DNA of 64,000 nucleotides from Octopus vulgaris (GCA_951406725.2 OX597819.1:18910001-18974000); one strand, 5' to 3'. Numbered from the stretch's first letter, positions 12,326 to 26,632 are shown. Notes: generated by a model from the letters alone, not told the origin. Translations and numbers: made by a program.

Positions 12326-13595
12326 TCAGGTCATCCCATGAGTTCTGTCCGAATTTTGAATAAAGAAAACAAGTGATCAAATGTTATATTTAATTGAAAT
12401 ATAATCATCAACGTACTTTCCCTGATTATCTATGACTTCCTCCCATCTATTTACCATCGTTTTAATCCCATCAATGTAAAACTCTTTGAGTTTCAGAGCG
12501 AAGAACTCTGAAATGTCACTTTCGACCTCCCCCTGGCTTTTGAAAGTTATGTCCCCCAAATGATTCTTTAAACTACGAAACAAATGATAGTCTGAAGGAG
12601 CAAGGTCGGGAGAATAAGGTGGATGTGAGGAATTTTTTTCCCAAACAAGCTCTTCGCTCTTCTGTGATGTGATCTTTGCAGTGTGGGGTCACGCATTGTC
12701 CTGACGAACACGTCATTCCTTTTCGATCCACCAAAGCGTGTCTTTTTTATTCACAGCTTGGTTCAAACGCTCTAATTGTTGACAGTAAACTTGAGCATTG
12801 ATTGTTGCATTAGGTGGTAATAATTCAAAATGAATTACTCCTTTGCAATCCCACCAGATAGAGAGAAGAATCTTTTCCCATGAAGTGCCCTTCTCGGTTG
12901 TGGTTGAGCTATTTCCTTTTTACCAAGCCACTGTTTACGACGTTTTACATTTTGTTAGAAGATCCATTTATCGTCACCAGTTACAAGTTTATCCAAAAAG
13001 GGTGAAATGTGTTGCCGAGAATGGAGAGAAGAGCAGATGTCAACTCGGGATTTGCGGATGCTTTCGGATATTTTCGAAGTATAGGAGACTTTCCAAGTTG
13101 TTGAAGATGACGATGAACAGTTGTATGGTTTGAACTAAGCTTTATGGCCAATTCTTCAACTGATAATGCAGGATTTTCTCAAGTAATGCCTCAAGGAGCT
13201 TATCATCAAACTCAGCTGCACGTCCTGTTCGATCTTTATATTCAAGCCTGAAATCTCCACTTCTGAATTTTGCAAAACATCTTCTGCAAATTCTTCCATT
13301 TAAGCATTCTTTGCCATAAACTGAGTGTAGGTTTCGAGTTACTTTGGCTGCGGTTTCCTTTTTGTACTCAAAAAGCATTATGTGCCTTAAAAGCTCTTTG
13401 GATACTTCCATGTTAGAAAGGGTTTTAATCAAAGAAATTTTAATTCTATTATTCTGTAAAATAATATTTAATTAGTTTAAATGTACACAAATGCATTATA
13501 TTAATTTTAAATTCCATTAGACATTCTAAAATACTATTAAATTTCATTCAATTTTCAAAGAGGTAAAATCGGACAGAACTTATGGGATGACCTAA
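12326..13595 (-). mobile_element. Full-length mariner element (1270 bp), TA target duplication
   Basis: TIRs TCAGGTCATCCCATGAGTTCTGTCCGA and TTAGGTCATCCCATAAGTTCTGTCCGA. TA on both flanks. Confidence 0.95.
12377..13411 (-). pseudogene. Mariner D,D34D transposase, frameshifted
   Basis: MEVSKELLRHIMLFEYKK, LVTGDDKWI, QDNA*PHTA, PPYSPDLAPSDYHLFRSLKNHL, RWEEVIDNQGKY, split over several frames. Confidence 0.93.
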
Positions 13596-14808
13596 TATAT
13601 ATTTCATTGCGAACGTGTTCAATATTGTACGTGTGTACTTTTTCATGAGGCACGTGACTTTTTGTAATTCGCCACCAATCTTGAATCAATATGAAATACC
13701 AAATTAAATGCATCTTAATGATGCCGATACTATAGACTGTCTATCACATATTTAGCCGTTGGCATCTTAGATTTCCAAGAAACTATAATAAAAACCAAAG
13801 AGTTCGCCTAGATCTGTTTCCGTACGGTTAGTCGTTCAAAGTTTCCCGAAGCTAACCATGAACAAACCTCTTCAGAAGAGTTATTTGCGCATGACTTTCT
13901 ACTCCGTTACTTAATTAGCTCTACACATCATTGTAATGAAGAGATTCGCCTGATTGGATTGCTTGTGGTTACGTGGTTTCATTTCACTCCCTTCTTATGT
14001 TCAAACGTTGCAGTACTTTAGACAGAAACAACACTTCATGCTATTAACCAGTAACTTTCAAATCATATCAACAATATATCTTTGAGCAATGTGTCTAAAG
14101 CTACTTCGATCTACTTCTCTTCCTATCAAATGTAGACTCAATTATCAGACGCCCAGACAGGAAGAAAATACTCTACTGCAATGGCGGCCACTTCATCGGA
14201 GAAGCGTGTATTTTAATCCTTATCTGTTTAATGTGTGAAATATTTCACAATAAATTATTCTAATATATTGTTTCTAAATACTGTCCATTTGCAGAATTCA
14301 CTTTATTCCTCGGAACTAAATGGATTTAGTCTCAGATAGGCACGGAGAATATGTCGAGTTGGCATCACTCTCTTATTCGATCAAGAAAGGTCCAGAATTC
14401 CTGTGCAATTTCTTATTATTCTCCATGGTAACTCCCAGGTTATTCTCTAACCCACTAGACCGATGATCGAATTCCTTCTGGTCCATTATTATCTTATTAG
14501 CTTTTAGAGTTTGGATTAAATTATTGAAAATTCTTCTTCTAAAAGAATAAAATCTAATTTGAGGGGAATTTTCGATGATATTTATAGCAATTATGCTTAA
14601 ATCAATGGATTTAAAATTGAGAAGTGATGACTTTATTAGCGGAACAGTGAAAATTTTATTTAGCAATGTGCCTTTGTGTGACATCATTATAACGCTATGT
14701 CCCAAATATGAAAACACGCACATATGCATAAATATATGTATATACACTTATATAATCGCACATACGTATCTAGATGCATATACCTGCATCTATACAAACA
14801 TACATGCC

Positions 14809-14866
<58 letters not shown>

Positions 14867-15228
14867 CACACACATATCTATATGTATATATACATATTCA
14901 TACATAGGTGTGTGTGTGTGTGTTCATTTAACGTATATGAGAAATAATCAGAAAGTGAGTTGATGTGTGAATAATAGAATATAGAGGAGAAAAAAAAAAC
15001 CTTTTTGAGGCAAAACTAATAAATATAATGAAGCTGAATTCACAATTTAATCATTGCAATTTAATTTATCCACGTTAAGCATATTCTTTGCAGCTTGTTT
15101 AGAAAACAACGCCAACTAGTTTCCTTATACTTCCCGAGACTTATATATATATTCGTAAACACACACATGCAAGCACCTATACACATAAACATGTGTGCAT
15201 ATATTTGTATGTATGTATATATAAATAA

Positions 15229-15265
<37 letters not shown>

Positions 15266-15341
15266 ATATATACATATATTTATATATATTTATATTTATA
15301 CATATATATATACATATATATATACATATACATATATAAAT

Positions 15342-15409
<68 letters not shown>

Positions 15410-15480
15410 GTGTATATACTTATGTGGAAACATATTGCATTATGTTTCAATAAGCTTCTCTTTACCTCATGTATTTTTAT

Positions 15481-15586
15481 CATCATCATCAGCAGCAGCA
15501 GCAGTAGCAGTAGCAGCATCATAAGCATCTTGATCACCACCACTACTACTACCACCGCCACCACCACCAGCACAACCACAACCACC
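15481..15586. repeat. Compound trinucleotide tract (CAT/CAG/TAG/CAC)n
   Basis: Direct reading. Confidence 0.85.
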
Positions 15587-17412
15587 GTCTTCATTATTAT
15601 TTCCTTTTACTCTCAAGATTCGCATTCCTCGGTTCGATCAATAGAATCGATTTTTGCGCTGAATCAGCAACAGCTTATTCCTTTGTAAATGTAATTTTCA
15701 TAACGATGATTGCCAATGCTGTTTGGAATTATGTAATGTATATAAGACAAGAAGCACCATAAGAAGAAGAAGAAGACGAAGAATGACATCAATATAAATT
15801 CGCTGTTCAGTGAAGTAGAAACAATTCTGTGGAGTAGGCTTATAAGCTATTTTCTGACAATATTGCAACTGAGTTCATATGGAGATTATGTTGCAGGATT
15901 CGGAGAAATGCGCTGAAATATTCCTGGAAAAAGAATAAAATCAAGGCTTCATTTCGAAAGCTAAAATAATTCTGATGATTTCATCTTGGTTGTCATGTAG
16001 GAATGGTAATTCTTTCAAACATATGTTTTGTATTATTTTCCGTTGGAAGGGAAATATGGCAAAAAAAAAGGAAAAAAATTTGATTATTTTCGCGGTTTTT
16101 TCCTCGTTTTGTTATTCTATTCTTCGTGTTTTTTCCCCCATCTTAATTGAGTGATCGAACGAAGAGTATTTGATGAGTGAAGTGGACGCAACAGAATGGA
16201 AGGATGCTGGCATTCGACCGACTCCTGAAACTGATAACACATCAAGGAAACGTATTCATACCACAAACTCCGCGTTGCTTCCGTATAATAAATGTCGCCC
16301 GAGGTCGAATGGATCATGGGACAATTATGTATGAGTGGCAGTGTCGATAGCTCCGTATATTCTGGTTTAACGTTTCTTCATCTTGTGTGTCACCAGAGGT
16401 AGTTCGATGCGGTCTGTATATTCTAAAATATTGCAATAACATTTGAATATTTTGGTAAACGTTTTTATTTTAGTTTGCGATTAATAAATGAAAAAATCGA
16501 GGTTAACAATAGTGTCCAATAATTTTTTTAAACTTTTAACTTTAAAACAGTTTTTTAATAAGAAATATAAAAATTACGCAAAGTACTTTAAAATTACGTT
16601 AAAGTATGTTAAATTGTTTTATTTTCCGTACAAGTGTGCCACACGGTTCTCGTATTTTTATGCTGAGATCAATAGAATATATTACCGAATCTAACTGGAA
16701 TGAAGTGGTTAGTTATTATCTGTATAATGTATAGCCTATACCCTGAATTACGGCATCAACTTATCACTACGGAACACGTCTACAATAAACCAAATTCGTC
16801 TAAAAATAAAAACAACATTCTCATAAATGGTTTTGTGTTTCCCAAGCTGAAACCAAGGATGTCTGAATTATTTTGCCAAAAAGAACATTCTAACTGTTCT
16901 AAAAGTGATCGCAGAAAGCATATCAAACCCTCTTTAAAATTAATTCACAGAGATGTATATTTCTCCTACAAAAATACAACAACAACGACGACAACAACAA
17001 CAACAGCGGCAAAGTAATAGCCGCCATGGTTTCTCCTTAATATTAGGACAATTGATAACCTATTTAAACTCCTCAATCAACAATCCTTGACAGTCCAGTT
17101 GTCTGAATTCCTTATTTCATTCATACCTAACAGTGAAAACATCTTATGCTTGTCAATGTTTTGCTCCGACATTGTATAAGTAAGATTACATTGCACAGTG
17201 TAATATTCGTTTATCAAAGTAGTAAGGCGCAATTTAGCAAACTTCGGTGGCTATTTGCATAGAGTGGCGTTACTGACCAGACGGAGGAACGCTAGTTTAT
17301 AAAAAGATATTTGAATAGCTGTTGAGAGACGCTGCAATGTCTCGTTCCTTCACCGAGCTTTTCCAGTGTTCTACATATAAAAAATATCTATCTAAAGATT
17401 CCAAGAACAACG

Positions 17413-17472
<60 letters not shown>

Positions 17473-17683
17473 AAAGAGTTTTATTCAAATTCGTTGTTAT
17501 ACTTGAGTTTCAAGCGTGATGCTAGTTGTCAGATATTTTGAAAAATTCAAAATAGTTGATGATTAGCATCGCGCTTGAAACTCGAGAGAACCAACGAAAT
17601 TGAATAAAACTGTTTTGATCTATACAATTAACATCACAATAAATGTGTTGAGTGCCGTTACTCGAGTGTCCTCTCACTCGTGT

Positions 17684-17751
<68 letters not shown>

Positions 17752-17755
17752 AAAA

Positions 17756-17792
<37 letters not shown>

Positions 17793-17902
17793 CAGGCAGG
17801 TAGATAGACACACAGCGTAAGACAGTGGCATAGAGATATACAAAAATAAACAGGCTGACTGGTAGAGCAGAACAAATGAGAGTGTGTGTGTGTGTGTGAT
17901 TT

Positions 17903-17954
<52 letters not shown>

Positions 17955-18629
17955 GCGAGGCGGGGTTGAGTAATTACTATAGGAAAGTGTGTCCGTATAC
18001 TAAGAGGGTAAATGACGGAGAGTTTCGTTGACATCTTATATTTTACAACATAATCTAGAGCAAAGGTAGAAAATGCGAAGCATTTAATAAAATGTAACAA
18101 TGTCACTCCGGCATCTTTAATAAGGAAGCTGTACTTGATGAAAATTCCCAAGAGAATGAACGCTTAATAAGTCGACAGCTCAAACATCGGCGCTGGCGGT
18201 GATTATTATGACTTGCTTTGTCGGCACGGAGAACGGAAATTTAGTGATGAGTAATAGAGTAAGGGAAATAGGGAAAATGCAGGAGACAACGCGAGTTGTG
18301 TGTGGATGTTATTTGTCATAAACCTAATTGTTGTACGGCATTATTAAATGAAGAACATCCCATTGGAATTTCGATGTTTACTTTCTTGTTATTTTGCCAC
18401 TTAGCCATAACTATACGCATACATATATATCTACACATACGCACACGCACATACGCATACACACATATATGTGTGTTTGTATACACAGAAATCTACGCGC
18501 ATACATATATGAATGTGCCTATGAATATAGATGTGTATACATATATATATACATATATAGGTATATATTCATATATATATATATATATATATACATGCAT
18601 ATGTTTCATATATATATATAGATGTATAT

Positions 18630-18665
<36 letters not shown>

Positions 18666-18729
18666 TATATATATATATATATACATATGCATGTATATAT
18701 ATATATATATATATATGAATATATAACTA

Positions 18730-18770
<41 letters not shown>

Positions 18771-18859
18771 ACACATATATTTAAATACATAAATATATGA
18801 ATGTTCAGTTTATAGAAACGATCCAGGGGGAATAATTACAAGGTGGCCAAATGTCGCAC

Positions 18860-19050
18860 ACATGTCCAAGCAATCTTTAGATTGAAAATTTTTTATCAGG
18901 ATCATTTTCCTATAACAAAGGGAAATCATTCTGTTCTCTTTGCACGGACGAAAATCTATTCTCTTTTCTAAACATAAGATAGCTAACACCTTTAATGAAC
19001 GTGTTTACAGGTGTTTCCAGTCGAAAAAAAAAGACATTCATTTCCTCTTA
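18860..19050 (+). pseudogene. Degraded PLE-type C-terminal remnant
   Basis: SYNKGKSFCSLCTDEN..TFNERVYRCFQSKKKTF resembles the PLE Y....C.LC..EK...LN.R...C.H..K tail. Confidence 0.5.
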
Positions 19051-19524
19051 AAATGATACCCTACCCGTCACGTAATAATAATTTCTACAACATATCTTTA
19101 TTCCTTATTTTTACTACCGGTACCCCCTAATCTTCCCTTCATCTTTTCTTTTCATCTATTATCTATTGTCTCTTTGCTCGTACCTCCCTTTCTCCTTAAA
19201 CTTTCGATCTTTCGTCTCCTCTTTCTTCCTCTTTACCTCCTCCTTCTCCCCCGCCCTATGACATCTGTTTCCTCAACGGCATTTTAAAATTAGTAGCGTT
19301 CCCTTCTCAACTTTACTTTCCATATGTTTATGCGTAAATATTCCTGTATATATATATGCATTTATATTTATATATTTGTGCATGTGTGCATGTGTATATG
19401 TATGTGTATGAATGTATGTATATGTTTATATATGTTTATGCATATATGTATATGCTTATGGGTGTGTATGTGTATGCATATATGTGTTTATACGTCTACG
19501 TATGTACACACACACACACACATG

Positions 19525-19617
<93 letters not shown>

Positions 19618-19634
19618 AAAATATATATATAAAA

Positions 19635-19871
19635 AATTGCAGCGTGGAAGGTGTTTATAAGTCCTTTAAGAAACACACAAAACCGTTAGGTTCACTTCAT
19701 CATTTAAATTAAATTTATCAAAATAGTTTCGTCGCTTTGAGACCGCGACCTGTGCACTGACAAAATTCTGTGTGTTTCTTAAATGGCTTATAAACATCTT
19801 CCACGCTGCAATTGTTTTCGTTCCAGCAGACGGTCTCAGATTAGGTCACTTGCTATATAAGTACATCGTAA

Positions 19872-19873
<2 letters not shown>
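19635..19873. mobile_element. PLE-type terminal repeat with partial inverted copy
   Basis: 19635-19678 is the reverse complement of 19770-19813 (~43 bp, few mismatches). Bounded by (TA)n-type tracts. Confidence 0.75.
19714..19764 (-). ncRNA. Hammerhead motif, second copy of the G3-C8 family (A6 to C)
   Basis: UUUGUCA GUGCACA G GUCGC ggucucaaa GCGAC GAAA CUAU U U UGAUAAA. Confidence 0.65.
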
Positions 19874-19912
<39 letters not shown>

Positions 19913-19916
19913 GTAT

Positions 19917-19948
<32 letters not shown>

Positions 19949-20135
19949 GCCAAATATCAGAGCCTCATACACCTGTTAAAATATCTATTCGATGCACACT
20001 GCTGTTTATATCCTGTTTATATCATTTATCCTGTCGGATTTATTTTGAATGCATCTATCGAAATATATGTTGATGATATGAAGATATCAATTATTTAATA
20101 ACATCTTGAACGTGTGTCCCCATTTTCAATTTTTC

Positions 20136-20174
<39 letters not shown>

Positions 20175-20177
<3 letters not shown>

Positions 20178-20442
20178 TATTTCATTGTTTGTTACAGACA
20201 TTTGACTGCGGCCATGCTAGTGTACCGCTTTAAGTCGAACAAGTGGACTGCTAAGCTACGGGGACATAAACATACAAGCATCAGTTATCAAGCGATGTCG
20301 TGCGAACAAACACAGACACAAAAACGACGGGCTCACAATGCATTGGTCGGTCCGAGGCTATAGTAGAATACACTTGCCCAAGGTTCCAGATAGTGCGACC
20401 GAACCCAGAACCATGTGGTTGATAAGCAAGCTACTTACCACA

Positions 20443-20443
<1 letters not shown>
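20175..20443 (-). mobile_element. SINE family A, internally deleted
   Basis: catttgactgcggccatg..cacttgcccaagg..gctacttaccacac. Confidence 0.8.
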
Positions 20444-20477
<34 letters not shown>

Positions 20478-20480
<3 letters not shown>

Positions 20481-20858
20481 ATTGAAGAAATGGAGTTGAA
20501 CGAAGATTGAACAGAAATCGTTTTATTTCATTCTACACGTGTTTCGAAAGGCACAATTTACCAAATTCCGATTGAATAATGAGACCATATTGTGTCTTTC
20601 TCTTCAGGAAGAAATAGGAAATCCGTTGGAAAAAACAAAAACAGAACAGAGGCGGAGCAAAACAAATCGAACTAGGCTCCTAAGAGCCCATGGCCAAACT
20701 TTAATTTTTCTGTTCATGCTTTCCAATTTTAAAATCGGGGTATAAAAGTTCTTGACAACTATTGCTGGGGTATTTTTTTCTCCTGTGATTTTTGCTACCA
20801 AGGTATCGGTTAAACTTTTGATTAATCTGCAACAAGATTATTCATCTTTCTATTTCAC

Positions 20859-20860
<2 letters not shown>
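20478..20860 (-). mobile_element. PLE-type 3' end between (TA)n tracts
   Basis: Contains a canonical hammerhead followed by AATAAA. Part is repeated in inverted orientation at 21505-21577. Confidence 0.7.
20524..20616 (-). ncRNA. Type I hammerhead ribozyme, canonical core
   Basis: UAUUUC-UUC CUGAAGA GAAAGACACAAU (31-nt loop) AUUGUGCCUUUC GAAA CACGUG U A GAA-u-GAAAUA. GUA cleavage triplet. Confidence 0.88.
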
Positions 20861-20941
<81 letters not shown>

Positions 20942-21129
20942 AAGAGCGTGTGCACGTGTGTGCTTATATTTTCGTTTATGAAATAACCGTCTGCCACAAT
21001 TGACACAAAGTGAAGATTTAACAATCCAAAATTGCAAAAATATCTCCTTTCTGTCGGGTTCTTCATTTTCTTCCGTGAATATTTCATTAAATAATATCCT
21101 TTATGGTTTATCTTTCGCTTTTTTGAATC

Positions 21130-21440
21130 ATTAATCTGAGTCCATGCTGGGGCACCGCCTTCAAGAAAATTTACTCGAATGAATTCACGTCAGTACTTAC
21201 ATTTTTAAAGCCTAATATTTAGCCATCGTTTCCTTTTGCCGGAGACGGGGAGGCAAACACACCAGCACTGGTCATCAAGCCGTGGTGGAGGTCAAAGACA
21301 GACAGACAGATACACCCACACACATACACTCGCATAAACACACATATACATATATGTATATATATACGGGATTCTTTCAGTTTCCATCAACCAGCCCCAT
21401 TCATAAGTCTTCGGCTCCGAAGCTATATCAGAAGACAAGG
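21130..21440 (-). mobile_element. SINE family A, old and degenerate
   Basis: ccatgctggggcaccgcctt..aaacacaccagca..ttctttcagtttcc. Confidence 0.7.
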
Positions 21441-22061
21441 TTCGAAGCAGTTATATATGTCTCTCAAGGATTGGTGTAACATTTTTATGCTTAGACCTCA
21501 AAGGGAAAATATATCCCAGCAATGGTTGTCAAGAACTTTTATACCTCGATTTTAAAATTGGAAAGCATGAACAGAAAGAGGTTCGGATAATAATTTCCAC
21601 AAGACAAAAATTAAAGTTCCCTTCATTGTCATTAATACGACTAGTATAGTAGGGCCGATACCATTTTAACACATTAAAAGAAATCCGAAGAGGGAACAGT
21701 AAAAGTGTTGATGTATGATTTGTATTTAGTTGCTAATTGAATCGTTTTAAAACTAATAAAATATATTTGTTTACGAATAGTCATCACGTGTATGGTGTAA
21801 CAGAAGCAGTGGCACATTCATTTCACCTGTGTTTCAGTATTAAGTATTGATAACGAAAAAAAAAAAAAAATTGTGGAAGAAGACGAGATTTTATTTGAGG
21901 ACAAACTTACACTCAGAAATTGAGAGATGGATTAATTCATGATTATTCGAAGAAAATAGAGTAATTTGAAAACGAAAGTGAAAGAATTTCACTTCAAAAT
22001 TTCGTTATTGAGTTTTTACCTCAAACATTTGATAAGTACATCATATATATATATATATACA

Positions 22062-22198
<137 letters not shown>

Positions 22199-22199
22199 T

Positions 22200-22399
22200 A
22201 CCTCGTGAGCACCGCCAGCAATTTGTTTTCCTCTGTCTTCCCTTCTCGGGATCTTTGCTTCTCCTTTGTTTCCGACGAACAGCTCCGCTCGAAACGTTAA
22301 ACCCTCCTTCCCTTCTTTCCTGAGCGTCCAATAATACTTTATTTGTTCAACGTCCTCGCGTTGCTGTGATTTTTCGTGCTTTCTTGTTTGGATTAACTT

Positions 22400-22401
<2 letters not shown>
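22200..22401 (+). mobile_element. PLE-type terminal repeat within (TA)n, with degenerate hammerhead at 22268-22302
   Basis: GUUU CCGACGA A CAGC ucc GCUC GAAA CG U U AAAC. Homologous to 1424-1545 and 39341-39436. Confidence 0.7.
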
Positions 22402-22456
<55 letters not shown>

Positions 22457-22457
22457 A

Positions 22458-22462
22458 TAGAT

Positions 22463-22557
<95 letters not shown>

Positions 22558-22561
22558 TGAT

Positions 22562-22620
<59 letters not shown>

Positions 22621-22621
22621 C

Positions 22622-22714
<93 letters not shown>
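22458..22714. repeat. (AGAT)n microsatellite
   Basis: Direct reading. Confidence 0.97.
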
Positions 22715-23263
22715 TGCACACTATCTTCTGGAAACACGCATAAATTGTATATTTGACAACTCCAAAATTGTTGTTATGGTTATGCAATAATTAAAATATT
22801 CTGTCTTATTATTCCGCATATGCTAGCAGCAGACAGTGCAACACAGTCATGCATGAGTCGTCTACGTAGGTTTCTTCCAGTCATATGCGGTCTCTCTACT
22901 TACCAACAGTAATAGTTTACACCAAGGAAGTCACTTCAGATTTTCGACGCATGGTTAATCTATGATTCAATGAAGAGGTTGAATAATACTGAAATATGTG
23001 AGCACCACTGAATAGGCCCAATTAGGCCGAATCGCAGCAGGCGCTCTCATTGACCGATGCTGAAAAGAATATTTTTTTCCTCGATATTTATGTTTTTAAC
23101 ACTGCAATGACATAACAGACAGATACTGCTGTAATTCGCCTATCGACAGCGTCTTTGGACTAAATTTGTCGGAGAGATTGTTACACACTCATATACAGAC
23201 GCCCCCACACACACACACATACACGGATGCGTACACACATACACACAGAAATAAGCACTCACA

Positions 23264-23451
<188 letters not shown>

Positions 23452-23466
23452 TATACATATGTGATG

Positions 23467-23585
<119 letters not shown>

Positions 23586-23594
23586 CATAGATAT

Positions 23595-24248
23595 GTTTCT
23601 TTATTAGCCAGACAGGGCTGCGCACAGACAAGACAAAATTACAAGGTAGAGCTTTTCTTTTGGGGGTAAAAGAAGGGGGTTTGGTTTTCGATCAAAAGGG
23701 ATCGTAAATGGAAAGAAAGAGGACAAAAAAAGGGGGGGATAAAATGAAAAAAAAGGGGAGGGTTTGATCAATTGGGATCGTTATCACAGAAATGTCAATA
23801 TGAAGTGTAAAGGGGAGGACAGGTGAGGTTTACCCGTGGAGAGAAAAGCCTACGGAAAAGACCACGGTAACCTCGGTCAATGAAGTCACATGTTATATTT
23901 CCTTTTTTTTTTTGCAAATAAACAACTCTCTGTATTAATTTTTACGGTTCATAGAATCATAGTCAAGGTGGCTTCGTCATTGATACGTGCCATCCTTGCT
24001 ACATTCACCCATCTTTTTTTAAAACATTCACTAGACAAAACTTGCCTCTCTACTCTCACATTCCTCTTCAAGTGATAATTGAAGAAGTTGATGAGAGATT
24101 GACCAGAGAGGAAAGTGTTTGTCTCTAATCCTTTCAGGCGCGTCCACTAGATACATTCTTTCGCCATAGCCACAAGTATGATAAAAATAGCTCTTCCTTC
24201 CCGTTTGAAGAAAGGAGGCGTGACGATATTAACGATAGACTCGGCTGA
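23595..24248 (-). mobile_element. L1/Tx1-like LINE 3' end (ORF2 C-terminus 24248-23949 plus 3' UTR) inserted in (AGAT)n
   Basis: SAESIVNIV..IFIILVAMAKECI*WTRLKG..LINFFNYHLKRNVRVERQVLSSECFKKRWVNVA fits the L1-clade AK..IW..R....F...W motif. Confidence 0.8.
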
Positions 24249-24312
24249 GATAGATAGATATAGATATAGACATATATTATTATATATAAATATATATATG
24301 TATATATATATA

Positions 24313-24500
24313 GGGAGAGTTTACGGAAAAAACCAAAAGACGAAGACAGGTGGTGTACAAAACAAACAGATGTATAAGTATAACGCTCAGGAATAGAAAA
24401 AGTCTTTTACGATTCGAGTCTATGCTCTTCTACAGAAAGGGACACAGAAAAAACAAGGAGAGAAAAAAATGTGTGTAGTGGCTAACGATCTATCATGGCG
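24313..24500 (-). mobile_element. PLE-type terminal repeat anchored on (TA)n, hammerhead at 24404-24439 (GAAA mutated to GAAU)
   Basis: Highly similar to 42374-42535. Confidence 0.75.
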
Positions 24501-24507
24501 TGTATGC

Positions 24508-24540
<33 letters not shown>

Positions 24541-25547
24541 TATGTGAGTTTTGATCATGGAGTAATTCAATACGAACGTTTCTGTTCTCCGTAATATATA
24601 ACACCAAATCAGTTTATTACGTAAACCTTCCTCAGTTTAATATGTGTGTGCGCGCGCGCGCGTGTATGTATGTATGTATGCTTTATGTGTATTCCACTAC
24701 CGCCTTGCTTAACTTCCATGTGTCCAATTAAACGATAAATTTCTATTCTGAGCCATACCTGATTTTGTCCAAATACATGCCACTGGACATTGTGCATATG
24801 CACACACACATGCACACACACACACACAGCTACAAACATGCATATACATACACACACTTATATTCAGATGCATATGTCTATTTATATGCTTGAGTGTGAG
24901 TTTGTGTGTGTGTATGTGTGTGCCAGTATAAAAACTGACGCGTCAGCAAATAAAATGATGTCTCTAAGAAATGTGATAAGGTCAACCTGTCGTATGAAGT
25001 CGGACAGCATTAAAAGAAATTGTCAGATTCTTGTAAAGCGAAGGCAGCTGTTGAAGAAAGATGACGTCACAAATCCGGTAAATATTAGGAGCTACGAACA
25101 AAACGAAAAAGAAAGAAAGCAAGAATGTATTTATGAGATGCTAGTGAAGATTCTCATTTGCATTATTATTAAAATCTGACTGAATTTTAATTTCACAAGA
25201 GATCTGAATGTTTTCAATGGATGACCCGTCTCGATTTAACTAAAGTTGTAGTAATACTTTGAACAGGAAAAACACATAGACGTCTGCTTATCGTCTGCGT
25301 CAATGAAATATTCTGTTGAGAACAGCCTTGATGGCTTGCGGTTTTTGTGAAGTTTTCAATTTAAAATATTGCCACCGACAGTGTGATTTGTAAACGAAAT
25401 AGAGAAGAAAGAAATAAAAAGGAAAGAAAATTAAATAAAAATACTCAATCTAAAATTATTTCGTATTTTGTTTTCCTTTATATGAAGACAACACGCATAT
25501 ATATGTATATGTACATGGAAACATATGTGCGTGTGTGTGTGTATAAG

Positions 25548-25582
<35 letters not shown>

Positions 25583-25694
25583 ATGTGTGTGTGTATTTAT
25601 ATTTATCTATCCCTCTTTCCCCATTCTCCCTCTCTCTATATATATACATACATACATACATTCATTCATACATACATAATACAAAGATACATGC

Positions 25695-25743
<49 letters not shown>

Positions 25744-25856
25744 CACACACACACAGAGACACACACAAGAGACACTGTCACATGTAATTGTATATGAGTG
25801 TGTGTAAACTTTCAGAGATAATCTCCATTGAAAATATAACATTTGTGGTGTTTTGC

Positions 25857-25943
<87 letters not shown>

Positions 25944-26296
25944 TACACTCCCTATCTTTCTACCCATATCTCTATCTGTGTCTTTTTCGCACACACACAC
26001 ACACACACACACTCACACACTGTTCTCTCTATCTATCTATCTATTTATTTATCTATCTATATTTATATTTGTCTATCTATTCCTTACATACACACATACA
26101 CGCGCACACGCACACACACACACACACATGCACATACACGCAGACATATACACATAGTCAGAACTCTATCTCAGGAGACCAAAATATTGTGACAATAAGA
26201 ACACGCACTGTTTGTATTTCATTTCTTTTTTCCTTATCGTTATTGAATTCCTTAACATTTAACTCACGACCTAAGCAATGGTTCGTTTACATATAT

Positions 26297-26539
26297 ACTC
26301 TTTTACTTTTTTACTTGTTTCAGTCATTTGACTGCGGCCATGCTGGAGCACCGCCTGTAATCGAGCAACTCGAGCCCGGGACTTATTGTTTTGTAAGCCC
26401 AGTACTTATTCTATCGGTCTCTTTTGCCGAACCGCTAAGTAACGGGGACATAAACACACCAGCATCGGTTGTCAAGCAATGCTAGTGGGACAAACACATA
26501 TACACACACACACACACACACACGCATATATATATATAT

Positions 26540-26632
<93 letters not shown>

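Noticed and set aside
14170-14205. Degenerate hammerhead on the minus strand
   Set aside because: GAAA is missing and stem I does not pair cleanly; not called as a feature.
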